From contig JAAZOH010000002.1 in assembly GCA_012797845.1 (NCBI GenBank), forward strand, positions 1-60,216: a stretch of DNA of 60,216 nt. Reading direction: 5' to 3'. The position numbers and the translations under genes are program-made. A model generated the notes under the pieces. That model worked only from the letters and a program-made list of their open reading frames with translations. It made no database searches and was not told the DNA's origin. The stretch is from Candidatus Beckwithbacteria bacterium. Lineage in GTDB: Bacteria; Patescibacteriota; Microgenomatia; UBA1400; UBA1449. Numbering within the stretch: the first letter of the stretch is position 1; every line of letters starts with the position of its first letter. Below, in pieces: positions 7,648-17,015 of the stretch.

Positions 7648-9102
7648 ATGTTCGAACAAGCCTTCAAAAATATTGATGATGTTTTATGGAAAGATGCAGG
7701 AGTGAGTAACGAGCTTGATTATATCGAGCAAACCTCCTGGATTTTGTTTTTAAAATATTTGGATGATTATGAAAAAGATAAAAAAACTGAAGCTGCCTTG
7801 GCTGGGAAGCAATATCGATTTTTAATTGATGAAGCATTTCGTTGGGAATCTTGGGCTTGTCCAAAAACTCAAGATGGTAAACTGGATCACAATCAGGCTT
7901 TATCTGGTGATGACCTTAGAGACTTTGTTGACCGTCAACTGTTCCCCTATCTCAAAAAATTTAGAGAAAAAGCTGAAAGCCCAGATACAATCGAATATAA
8001 AATCGGAGAAATATTTTCCCAGCTGCGAAACAAAATTCAAAGTGGCTATACCCTAAGAAATGTCTTAGACATTATCGACCAGATGAAATTCCGCTCCCAG
8101 CAGGAAAAATATGAACTGTCGCATCTTTATGAAGCCAAAATCCAAAATATGGGTAATGCCGGCCGTAATGGTGGCGAGTACTACACACCAAGACCACTGA
8201 TTAAAACTATTGTCAAAGTAGTTGATCCGCAGATTGGAGATCAAGTTTATGACGGGGCGGTTGGTTCGGCCGGATTTTTGATCGAGGCGTTTGAGTATAT
8301 GCGCAACTTGCGGCCACTGTCGACCAATGACGTCACAACTTTGCAAAAGCAAACCTTTTTTGGTAAAGAGAAAAAATCGCTGGCGTATATCATCGGGATT
8401 ATGAATATGATCCTGCATGGCATTGATGCCCCCAATATTTTGCATACCAACACCCTTTCTGAAAATATTTTGGATATCCAGGAAAAAGACCGCTTTGATG
8501 TGGTGCTGACCAATCCCCCATTTGGCGGCAAAGAACGCAAAGAAGTCCAGCAGAATTTCCCGATCAAAACCAGTGAAACCGCCTTTTTATTTCTGCAACA
8601 TTTTATAAAATCTCTAAAAGCAGGAGGTAAAGCCGGGATTGTAATTAAAAATACTTTTCTGTCCAATACCGACAATGCTTCCATTTCCCTGCGCAAACTG
8701 CTTTTAGAAAACTGCAACCTGCATACGATTTTGGATTTGCCAGGCGGCGTTTTTACCGGAGCTGGAGTCAAAACCGTAGTCTTATTTTTCCAAAAAGGTT
8801 CAGCAACCCAGAAGGTTTGGTTTTACCAGCTTAACCTTGACCGCAACTTAGGCAAAACCAATCCGATCAATGAAAATGATTTGGCAGAATTTTTGACTTT
8901 GCAAAAAGACAAAGCTGATAGCCGAAATTCCTGGACAGTAGATATTAAAGACGTAGACGAAAAAACCTATGATCTGTCAGTCAAAAATCCAAATAAAAAT
9001 GATGAGGTGGTGTTGCGCGAGCCGAATGAGATTTTGGAAGAGATGGAAAAGTTAGACTTAGAAAATAAAAATATAATGTTGGAAATTAAAAACTTACTAT
9101 AG
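7648..9102 (+). CDS. hsdM: type I restriction-modification methyltransferase subunit M (N6-adenine)
   Basis: GEYYTPRPLI, YDGAVGSAGFL (motif I), NPPFGG (motif IV), TSETAFLFLQH. Confidence 0.95.
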   Translation: MFEQAFKNIDDVLWKDAGVSNELDYIEQTSWILFLKYLDDYEKDKKTEAALAGKQYRFLIDEAFRWESWACPKTQDGKLDHNQALSGDDLRDFVDRQLFPYLKKFREKAESPDTIEYKIGEIFSQLRNKIQSGYTLRNVLDIIDQMKFRSQQEKYELSHLYEAKIQNMGNAGRNGGEYYTPRPLIKTIVKVVDPQIGDQVYDGAVGSAGFLIEAFEYMRNLRPLSTNDVTTLQKQTFFGKEKKSLAYIIGIMNMILHGIDAPNILHTNTLSENILDIQEKDRFDVVLTNPPFGGKERKEVQQNFPIKTSETAFLFLQHFIKSLKAGGKAGIVIKNTFLSNTDNASISLRKLLLENCNLHTILDLPGGVFTGAGVKTVVLFFQKGSATQKVWFYQLNLDRNLGKTNPINENDLAEFLTLQKDKADSRNSWTVDIKDVDEKTYDLSVKNPNKNDEVVLREPNEILEEMEKLDLENKNIMLEIKNLL

Positions 9103-9106
9103 TTCT

Positions 9107-10921
9107 ATGAGAATACAAACGATAAGTATTGCAAATTATCCTCCAATTAAAAATTTAAAAATAGAGAACTTAAGTAATGTTGTAATTATTGCTGGAGCGA
9201 ATGGTTCAGGTAAAACAAGACTGAAAGAGGCTATTATTCAAACTTTTCAAGGTAGTCCTCAAATGTCGCTAGAGATTCGAGCCACTAAAGATGAAGAAAA
9301 ACAGAGATTTAATGATGATTCAATTAATGTGATTCAGGGACAGTCAAATCAAATATTAAATCAATACATGCAAAGTCGTAGTTTTGGTCGGGGTAAATAT
9401 GTTGGATCATTAGTTCAGATTGATTCTGATAGAAATATTACAACTACAAAATATAACAAAATAAATTATCAAACCTCTGATCCAGATGACCAAGATTCAC
9501 CAAGCACGTTTTATTGTCAAAATTTTGCAAATAGATGGCAAGATTTTATGAATTATATTCATCAAAAAGTGGCTGCATATAATACAAAATTAGCTGAGGA
9601 AGTAAAAAACAACCAAGAAAAAAAGGGACGCGAAATATTACTAAAATTGCCACATCCACTAGATAAATACAAAGCTATATTCAAGAAACTACTACAAGAT
9701 AAAGAATTACAAGACATAGACCCAGCTAATCCAGGCGAATTTAAATACAAAACTGATGAGGGAATAATACTGCCTTTCAAGGCATTAAGTTCTGGTGAAC
9801 AGGAAATTATCAAAATAATATTTGATATTGAAAGGAAAGATATTAAACATTCAGTTATTCTTGTTGATGAACCTGAATTACATTTACACCCTACCCTTAC
9901 TTTCAAATTAATAGAAAATTTGAAGACAATTGGCGAACAAACAAATCAGTTTATATTTCTCACTCATTCTGCAGATATTATTTCAACTTATTATTCGACC
10001 GGAGATGTATATTTTATTGATGCAGAACAAACTGGACAAAACCAGGCTCATAAATTAAGTGAGCTTGATCATAGTCATAAAACATTAGTAAAACTTATAG
10101 GCGAAAATCTAGGTTTATTTGCTGTAGGCAAAAAACTTATTTTTATTGAAGGAGATAGTTCAAGTATTGATCGAATGACTTACCATTCTATAGCCCAAAA
10201 ATATCTTCCTGATGCTAAAGTAATTCCAATAGGTTCCGTTGAGAGTATAGGAACACTAAATATCATAGAAGAACAAATAAGAAATGCAATTTTTGGTATA
10301 GACTTTTATATGATTAGGGATCGTGATGGTTTAGCAAATGATCAGATCAATGAATTAGAAAAAAGTGGGAAATTAAAATGTTTGAAACGAAGACATATAG
10401 AAAATTATTTTTTTGATGAAGGAACCTTATTTAAGGTTGCTGAAAGATTGTGTCTAACTACAATAAATCCACAAATTACCCCTACCTATATTATTTCCGA
10501 ATTAAAAAAAATTGCTTCTAAAATGTTTAATTTAAATCTTTTGCAAAGCATAAAAGATTATTTAGTACTTAATCACAACCTAGACATTCCTACTGTTCGG
10601 AACATAGATAAAAAAAGCTCTGAAGAAATAAAAATAGAAATGATAAGTGGAGTAAAACAATCTTTGTCAAAAATCAATATCGATCTTTCTGAAGTAAAAC
10701 TAGACCAATGGATTACTACAGAAAAACTCAAATTAGAACGTTCACTTCAAGCTGATGAGTGGATTATTGATTTCCGTGGCAAAGAAATATTTTCTGTATT
10801 TTGTTCCAATGTTTTTCATGATGATGTTTTGAAAATAAGACAAGCGTATGTAGATATAGCACTTCAAGAAAAACCTAATATCTTTAAAGATATTATTGAC
10901 ATATATCAAAGTTTTAATTAA
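9107..10921 (+). CDS. ABC/AAA ATPase fused to TOPRIM-like nuclease (OLD-family-like)
   Basis: GANGSGKT Walker A, LSSGEQ signature, ILVDEPELHLHP Walker B/D-loop, THS H-loop, then FIEGD...D and RDRD TOPRIM motifs and IENY. Confidence 0.85.
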   Translation: MRIQTISIANYPPIKNLKIENLSNVVIIAGANGSGKTRLKEAIIQTFQGSPQMSLEIRATKDEEKQRFNDDSINVIQGQSNQILNQYMQSRSFGRGKYVGSLVQIDSDRNITTTKYNKINYQTSDPDDQDSPSTFYCQNFANRWQDFMNYIHQKVAAYNTKLAEEVKNNQEKKGREILLKLPHPLDKYKAIFKKLLQDKELQDIDPANPGEFKYKTDEGIILPFKALSSGEQEIIKIIFDIERKDIKHSVILVDEPELHLHPTLTFKLIENLKTIGEQTNQFIFLTHSADIISTYYSTGDVYFIDAEQTGQNQAHKLSELDHSHKTLVKLIGENLGLFAVGKKLIFIEGDSSSIDRMTYHSIAQKYLPDAKVIPIGSVESIGTLNIIEEQIRNAIFGIDFYMIRDRDGLANDQINELEKSGKLKCLKRRHIENYFFDEGTLFKVAERLCLTTINPQITPTYIISELKKIASKMFNLNLLQSIKDYLVLNHNLDIPTVRNIDKKSSEEIKIEMISGVKQSLSKINIDLSEVKLDQWITTEKLKLERSLQADEWIIDFRGKEIFSVFCSNVFHDDVLKIRQAYVDIALQEKPNIFKDIIDIYQSFN

Positions 10922-10995
10922 TTTTTATAAAAAATTTTAATAACTAAAGAATTAATTAAGATATACGTTTTTACGCTAAATAAAAAAGAATATGT

Positions 10996-11409
10996 ATGAG
11001 CATTAATCATCAAGAAATAATAACCGAGATTAATAAAAATATTACTACAATAATAACTGTAATTTTGATAATTTTTACTTTCTTTTTTTATTATTCCAGT
11101 GCTTATTTTTTTGCATTTCTAACCTTAGTTTTACTTTTGATTAGTCCCAGAGTTAATGACATTAAAAAGATCAAGGTAAGTTTTAAAAATGTTGATATTG
11201 AATTTAGAGAACTTAATAAAGAATTAAAAGAAGTTATACAATCCAAAAATACATTAGAAAATAAACTTAAAGGAGCTAAAAAAATACTTAGCAATATGTT
11301 TAAACTTGGTTGTCGTATTGGAGAGGGAAAGGCTTTAGGTACAATTTCAGATGTAAAAATGATTGAAGACGAGGAAGGAAATATAACAGTTCAATATGAT
11401 GAATCCTAA
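10996..11409 (+). CDS. hypothetical membrane protein (two TM helices plus coiled region)
   Basis: Hydrophobic N-terminal pair of segments; overlaps the hsdS start. Confidence 0.6.
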   Translation: MSINHQEIITEINKNITTIITVILIIFTFFFYYSSAYFFAFLTLVLLLISPRVNDIKKIKVSFKNVDIEFRELNKELKEVIQSKNTLENKLKGAKKILSNMFKLGCRIGEGKALGTISDVKMIEDEEGNITVQYDES

Positions 11410-12490
11410 CTGGCAAACAAAAAAACTAGGCGAAGTAATAAAACTTGAATATGGAAAACCATTACCTAAATCTGATAGAAAAACTGATGGTAGATATCCG
11501 ATTTATGGCGCCAATGGAATTAAAAGCTGGAGTAATAAATTTTATTATGATAAGCCCACTATTATTGTTGGCAGGAAAGGTTCTGCTGGTGAAATTAATC
11601 TAGTGGAAGAAAAATTTTGGCCATTAGATGTTACTTATTTTACAACTTTTGATGCTAAAAAATATGATTTAAAATTTTTATATAACCTTTTAAAAAATCT
11701 TGAACTCCCAAAATTAGCAAAAGGTGTGAAGCCTGGGATTAATAGGAATGATATTTATAAAATAAAAGTTCCCCTTCCTCCCCTTTCCGAACAACGTCGC
11801 ATAGTCAAAATTCTGGATGAGGTTTTTGGACAGATTGAGAAAGTCAAAGCAAATACTCAAAAAAATCTGGAAAATAGCAAAGAGTTGTTTGAATCGTATT
11901 TGAAATACTCCTATGAAGGAAACAATGAATGGTTAACTAAAAACTTATTTGAGGTTGCAGAAATAAATAAAGATAAAAATGGTAGAAAAGACCTTCCATA
12001 TATTGGGATGGAGGATATTGAATCTAATTCTGGGAAGTTTATCGGATCATTTGAACCAAAAAGTGTAAAGAGTTCATCTTTTTATTTTAATGATAAACAT
12101 ATTTTATATGGTAGATTAAGACCTTATTTAAATAAGGTACTGATACCAGATTTTGAAGGACATTGTTCGACGGAAATATTTCCGATTAGAGTAAATAATA
12201 GTTTGGATAAAAAGTTTTTATTTTACTGGCTTATAAAAAGATCAACTACAGAAAGAATTAATTCTACATGTACAGGAGCCAGAATGCCGAGAGCAAATAT
12301 GAATAAAGTTTTTAAAGACTTTAAAGTTGTATTTCCAAAATCTCTTACTGAGCAAAAGCAAATAGTCGCTAAGCTGGATGATTTATCAGAGAAAACTAAA
12401 AAATTAGAACAAAATTATCGGCAGAAATTGGCGGATTTGGAGGAGCTTAAGAAATCAGTTCTCAATAAAGCGTTTAGTGGTGAGTTGTAA
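11396..12490 (+). CDS. hsdS: type I restriction-modification specificity subunit S
   Basis: Two TRDs separated by PLPPLSEQRRIV..LD and closed by EQKQIVAKLD...KAFSGEL conserved helices. Confidence 0.95.
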   Translation: MMNPNWQTKKLGEVIKLEYGKPLPKSDRKTDGRYPIYGANGIKSWSNKFYYDKPTIIVGRKGSAGEINLVEEKFWPLDVTYFTTFDAKKYDLKFLYNLLKNLELPKLAKGVKPGINRNDIYKIKVPLPPLSEQRRIVKILDEVFGQIEKVKANTQKNLENSKELFESYLKYSYEGNNEWLTKNLFEVAEINKDKNGRKDLPYIGMEDIESNSGKFIGSFEPKSVKSSSFYFNDKHILYGRLRPYLNKVLIPDFEGHCSTEIFPIRVNNSLDKKFLFYWLIKRSTTERINSTCTGARMPRANMNKVFKDFKVVFPKSLTEQKQIVAKLDDLSEKTKKLEQNYRQKLADLEELKKSVLNKAFSGEL

Positions 12491-12500
12491 AAATAAAGAT

Positions 12501-12538
12501 AGATTCCGGATCAGGCTTTCAATCTGTCCGGAATGACA
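12501..12538. repeat. REP-like palindrome
   Basis: AGATTCCGGATC...TCCGGAATGAC, with stem ATTCCGGA/TCCGGAAT. Confidence 0.65.
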
Positions 12539-12543
12539 TGGGT

Positions 12544-12608
12544 TAGTTTACAATTATTTACCAACTAGTTGACATAAGAGAAGCCATAGTTTACAATTAG
12601 TTGACATA
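12544..12608 (+). promoter_or_regulatory. four TAGTT(T/G)ACA boxes, candidate operator of the downstream wHTH protein
   Basis: TAGTTTACAATTA at 12544 and 12587; TAGTTGACATA at 12566 and 12598, ending at the ATG. Confidence 0.6.
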
Positions 12609-13666
12609 TGATAAACAAAGAAGAAATACTTAAAACCATAAAAGATAAAGGCATTGTCAAAAGCTCTGATTTGGTGGCTAGTTTTGGTGTGTCAAGACAA
12701 TATATTGCCAGACTTTTAGCCCAGCTGGTTTCTGAAAATGAAATTGTCAAAGTTGGCTCAACCAGAGGTGCTTTGTATGCTACTGAAAGTTATTTAGCTA
12801 AAAATCCTCAATCTGCTGCTGCTGTTTACACTAAAACTTTTAAAAATACTAATCTGGAAGAGCATAAGATTGTTGATGAGATAAAAACCAGCTTTTCCTT
12901 GTTTGATCAATTGCCGGAAAATATCAAAAGTATTTTTGAATACGCTTTTTCAGAAATGCTCAATAACGCTATTGAGCATTCGCACTCTAAAACTATTAAA
13001 GTAAAAGTCAGTTTAAATCAGAAAGAGCTTTCCTTTGTGATTGATGATTTTGGTATAGGAGTATTTAGAAGCATCATGAATAAAAGAGGCCTCAAATCTG
13101 AGCTGGAAGCGATTCAAGATTTGCTCAAGGGCAAAACTACAACAGCGCCCAAGCTCCACTCTGGAGAGGGAATCTTCTTTACTTCTAAAGTTGGAGATCA
13201 ATTTGCTTTGGATAGTTTTGGTTACCAACTTATGACAGATAATACCATTGATGATCTGTTTGTCGGCAAAACCAAGGGACAAAAACAAGGAACAAGAGTT
13301 ACTTTTAAAATCGGTATTGATAACAAACATCATCTCAATGATGTTTTTAAAGAGTATACCAATGTGAGTAATGATGGAGACTATGGTTTTGACAAAACGG
13401 AAATAAAAGTGAGGCTCTACACCATGGGTGGGGTGTATATTTCCCGCTCTCAAGCACGCAGAGTTTTGGCAGGACTGGAAAAATTTAAAGTCATCGTGAT
13501 GGACTTTGATAAAGTGCCGACAGTAGGTCAGGCATTTACCGATGAAATTTATCGGGTCTTTAAAAATAAATATCCGGAAATAAAAATTGAGAATATAAAT
13601 ACGAATGAAGCTGTCAATTTTATGGTGGAGCGGGCCAAGAAAGAAGCAGAAGTAGGAAGAACATAG
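12608..13666 (+). CDS. wHTH - HATPase_c - STAS-like (DUF4325) protein
   Basis: N-terminal HTH (SRQYIARLL), EMLNNAIEHS N-box, DDFGIG G1, HSGEGIF G2, GTRV; C-terminal SRSQARR..DF..V..VGQAF.DE. Confidence 0.85.
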   Translation: MINKEEILKTIKDKGIVKSSDLVASFGVSRQYIARLLAQLVSENEIVKVGSTRGALYATESYLAKNPQSAAAVYTKTFKNTNLEEHKIVDEIKTSFSLFDQLPENIKSIFEYAFSEMLNNAIEHSHSKTIKVKVSLNQKELSFVIDDFGIGVFRSIMNKRGLKSELEAIQDLLKGKTTTAPKLHSGEGIFFTSKVGDQFALDSFGYQLMTDNTIDDLFVGKTKGQKQGTRVTFKIGIDNKHHLNDVFKEYTNVSNDGDYGFDKTEIKVRLYTMGGVYISRSQARRVLAGLEKFKVIVMDFDKVPTVGQAFTDEIYRVFKNKYPEIKIENINTNEAVNFMVERAKKEAEVGRT

Positions 13667-13692
13667 TGTGAAAGTTTGTAACCATCTTTTAT

Positions 13693-16053
13693 ATGAACGA
13701 AGCCGAAACTCGAGCTGAATATATTGATCCAAAGTTAAAATCATCTGGATGGGGAGAAGTTGAAGGGTCAAAAGTTTTACGGGAATATCGGATAAGTGAA
13801 GGAAGAATACTGGGGAATTTAATAGATAGAAAGCCGGAAATTGCCGATTACATCTTGGTATATAAAAACCGCAAACTTGCAGTTATAGAAGCCAAAGCTG
13901 ATGAGCTGCCGGTATCAGAAGGCGTTAATCAAGCCAAAAATTACGCCAGAAAACTAAAGCTTGATTTTACCTATTCCAGCAATGGCAGAGAAATTTACGA
14001 AGTGAATATGAAGACCGGTAAGGAATGGACTTTGGAGCGCTTCCCTACCCCGGATGAACTTTGGCAAGCTAGTTTTTCGGATCAGAATGAATGGAAAATC
14101 AAATTTTCCAATATTCCCAATGAAGGTAGTTTTGGAAGTCGTTATTATCAAGAAATTGCAATCAACAATATTTTGGATGCTATAGCTGAGGAGAAAACCA
14201 GAATTTTGCTGACCATGGCTACCGGTACTGGCAAAACTGCCGTGGCTTTTCAAGTAGCTTGGAAACTGTTTCAAACCCGCTGGAATTTAAACCGTGATGG
14301 CGGTCGCAGGCCCAGAATTTTATTTTTAGCCGACCGCAATATTTTAGCTGACCAAGCTTTCAATGCCTTTTCTGCTTTCCCGGAAGATGCGCTGGTGAGG
14401 ATTAATCCTTTGGATATCCGTAAAAAAGGCTGCGTACCGACTAATGGCAGTATCTTTTTTACTATTTTTCAAACATTCATGAGTGGAGCAAATAACACTC
14501 CTTATTTTGGGGAGTATCCGGCAGATTTTTTTGACTTCATTATTATTGATGAATGTCATCGAGGTGGGGCCAATGATGAGAGTAATTGGCGCGGTATTTT
14601 GGACTACTTCAAACCCGCGGTACAACTGGGCATGACGGCTACTCCCAAGCGAAAAGATAATATTGACACGTATAAATATTTTGGCGAACCGGTTTATATT
14701 TACTCACTTAAAGAAGGTATTAACGACGGCTTTCTAACTCCATTTAAAGTTAAGCGGATTAAAACCACGCTTGATGATTATGTGTATGTTTCTGATGATC
14801 AGATAATTGAAGGCGAAGTTGAAGAAGGCAAAGTTTATGAAGAACCGGATTTTAACCGCATTATTGAAATAAAAGAACGAGAGGCTGAAAGAGTCAGGAT
14901 AGTTTTGAATGAAATAAACCAAAATGAAAAGACACTTATTTTTTGTGCTACCCAACTTCACGCTTTAGCGGTGAGAGATTTAGTTAATCAAATGAAAAAG
15001 AGTCATGATCCCCTTTATTGTGTCAGAGTAACTGCCGACGATGGGTCCAGAGGTGAACAATATTTACGCGAATTTCAAGATAATGAAAAAACTATTCCCA
15101 CTATTTTAACTACTTCCCAAAAATTATCTACCGGAGTTGATGCCAGAAATATTCGCAATATTGTTTTGATGCGGCCGATTAATTCTATGATTGAATTTAA
15201 ACAAATTATTGGTCGAGGCACTAGACTATTTGATAATAAATATTATTTTACTATTTATGATTTTGTTGATGCCTACAAACATTTTTCTGATCCAGAATGG
15301 GATGGTGAACCGATCCCAGAAATTTGTAAAAAATGTGGTCAAGATCCTTGTGTTTGTGAACCAAAATCACCCCAAGTTTGTCCCGTTTGTGGTCAATCGC
15401 CATGTATTTGCGAAAAACCACCTAGAATTTGTCCCGTTTGTGGTCAGTCACCTTGTATTTGTAAACCCAAGAAAATGTTAAAGATAAAATTACGTGACGG
15501 TAAAGAACGAGATATTCAACATATGCTTTCCACCTCATTTTGGGGGGCAGATGGCAAACCGTTGTCTTCTGAAGAATTTATCAAAAAGATTTATGGAGCT
15601 TTACCAGATTTATTTAAAAATGAAGCTGAACTACGAAAGATTTGGTCCAATCCCACAACCCGAAAAAAGTTTTTGAGTCGGTTATTTGAGTTAGGCATAG
15701 ACTTAGAACAATTAGAAAATATTCAAAAAGTAGTCAACGCTCAAAATTGCGATCTTTTTGATGTTTTAATTTATTTATCATTTAGCAAACCCTTAATTAC
15801 TAGACAAGAAAGAATTGATAAAAACAGAAAAAATATTTTTGAAGGACTTGATGATAAGCAAATAGAATTTTTAAACTTTGTTTTATCAAAGTATGAAGAA
15901 AAAGGTGTAGAAGAATTAGATGAAGAAAAACTACCAATTCTTTTAAATCTTAAATATCAAGCTATAGCTAATGCCGAACAATCTTTGGGTGATGTTAATA
16001 CAATCCGCGATATGTATTTTGACTTTCAAAAAAGACTTTATGCTGAAGTTTAA
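13693..16053 (+). CDS. hsdR: type I restriction endonuclease subunit R (EcoEI/EcoAI-like)
   Basis: ADYIL..AVIEAK nuclease motif, MATGTGKT, IIDECHRG, LSTGVDA, QIIGRGTR, and an EcoEI-type C-terminal domain. Confidence 0.95.
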   Translation: MNEAETRAEYIDPKLKSSGWGEVEGSKVLREYRISEGRILGNLIDRKPEIADYILVYKNRKLAVIEAKADELPVSEGVNQAKNYARKLKLDFTYSSNGREIYEVNMKTGKEWTLERFPTPDELWQASFSDQNEWKIKFSNIPNEGSFGSRYYQEIAINNILDAIAEEKTRILLTMATGTGKTAVAFQVAWKLFQTRWNLNRDGGRRPRILFLADRNILADQAFNAFSAFPEDALVRINPLDIRKKGCVPTNGSIFFTIFQTFMSGANNTPYFGEYPADFFDFIIIDECHRGGANDESNWRGILDYFKPAVQLGMTATPKRKDNIDTYKYFGEPVYIYSLKEGINDGFLTPFKVKRIKTTLDDYVYVSDDQIIEGEVEEGKVYEEPDFNRIIEIKEREAERVRIVLNEINQNEKTLIFCATQLHALAVRDLVNQMKKSHDPLYCVRVTADDGSRGEQYLREFQDNEKTIPTILTTSQKLSTGVDARNIRNIVLMRPINSMIEFKQIIGRGTRLFDNKYYFTIYDFVDAYKHFSDPEWDGEPIPEICKKCGQDPCVCEPKSPQVCPVCGQSPCICEKPPRICPVCGQSPCICKPKKMLKIKLRDGKERDIQHMLSTSFWGADGKPLSSEEFIKKIYGALPDLFKNEAELRKIWSNPTTRKKFLSRLFELGIDLEQLENIQKVVNAQNCDLFDVLIYLSFSKPLITRQERIDKNRKNIFEGLDDKQIEFLNFVLSKYEEKGVEELDEEKLPILLNLKYQAIANAEQSLGDVNTIRDMYFDFQKRLYAEV
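15325..15462 (+). repeat. three tandem CxxCGQxPCxC repeats inside hsdR
   Basis: CKKCGQDPCVC / CPVCGQSPCIC / CPVCGQSPCIC; units start at 15325, 15379 and 15430. Confidence 0.9.
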
Positions 16054-16139
16054 ACAAATTAATTAAGTTTCCAGATTGATAAAATAATTAGGTTTACAAC
16101 TATTTTAAAATGATATAAAACTCAGGTTTTATATAAACT

Positions 16140-16886
16140 ATGGAAAAAATAATCAAATCCGAATTAGAACCTCATATACAGAAACTTATTGATGATTTGG
16201 TAATAAAATATGGTCCAATCGCTATCGTATTAATAGGACTATTTTTAATAATAGTAATAATAACATGGGATATTCTAAAAAATAAAATAAGAGGTGAAGT
16301 AAAAAAGGGAGTCGATAAACATAAAGCAGAGATTGATAATACCTACACTAAACAAATTGAACATTATCGTCTTTATGTTGCTAAACAACACAAAGCCTAT
16401 GCCAAATTAAATAAATATTTATTAAAAACAGAAGGTTTGGCAGTATTTCAAGCTTTAAAGACATATCCAGATTTTACAGAATATACAGAAACAGAAATTT
16501 CGAAATATCTTAAAGAAAGGAACGCATCAGAAAATGAATTGAAACAATTCATTAGTTTAATGGGTGATTCTAAAGCTTTACAAAAAGAAATGCAAAACTA
16601 TACAGAATTATTTAATGTAAGAAAAGCTCGTGTTTTTTTTCATAAAACTAAAAATCATTATTGGATTAACGCATTATATTTTTCCAATAAAATTGAAGAG
16701 CAATTTAAAGATATTACTAAAATATTGAATGAAATGATTATTATTAGAGAAATACCGTCAAATGATAATAAACTTACGAAAGAAGATATGCAGACATTGA
16801 GAAGTTTACAAAAAAACTTGCAATCAAGTATTGATAAAATAGTCAAACAAATGAAGGAAGAGTTATCTGCAGGCTTAGCTAAGTAA
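16140..16886 (+). CDS. hypothetical protein with single N-terminal TM helix and helical body
   Basis: Clean 248-aa ORF co-oriented after hsdR; no recognisable motif. Confidence 0.7.
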   Translation: MEKIIKSELEPHIQKLIDDLVIKYGPIAIVLIGLFLIIVIITWDILKNKIRGEVKKGVDKHKAEIDNTYTKQIEHYRLYVAKQHKAYAKLNKYLLKTEGLAVFQALKTYPDFTEYTETEISKYLKERNASENELKQFISLMGDSKALQKEMQNYTELFNVRKARVFFHKTKNHYWINALYFSNKIEEQFKDITKILNEMIIIREIPSNDNKLTKEDMQTLRSLQKNLQSSIDKIVKQMKEELSAGLAK

Positions 16887-17015
16887 GTTAGTTTATTAAG
16901 TCCTATAATCTATACTTTACCACCTTCTTCTGATATAATTTGGTTCTAATTTAAGTCTATTTTTAGGTTTAGCTTTTTATAATCAATACTATAAGTATGC
17001 TAATTTTTATTTACC

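Noticed and set aside
13013-13771. 252-aa minus-strand ORF and other short antisense ORFs in the track (e.g. 8247-8771, 8065-8445, 58635-58958)
   Set aside because: They overlap well-supported genes on the opposite strand or a REP-like element and have no protein-like motifs.
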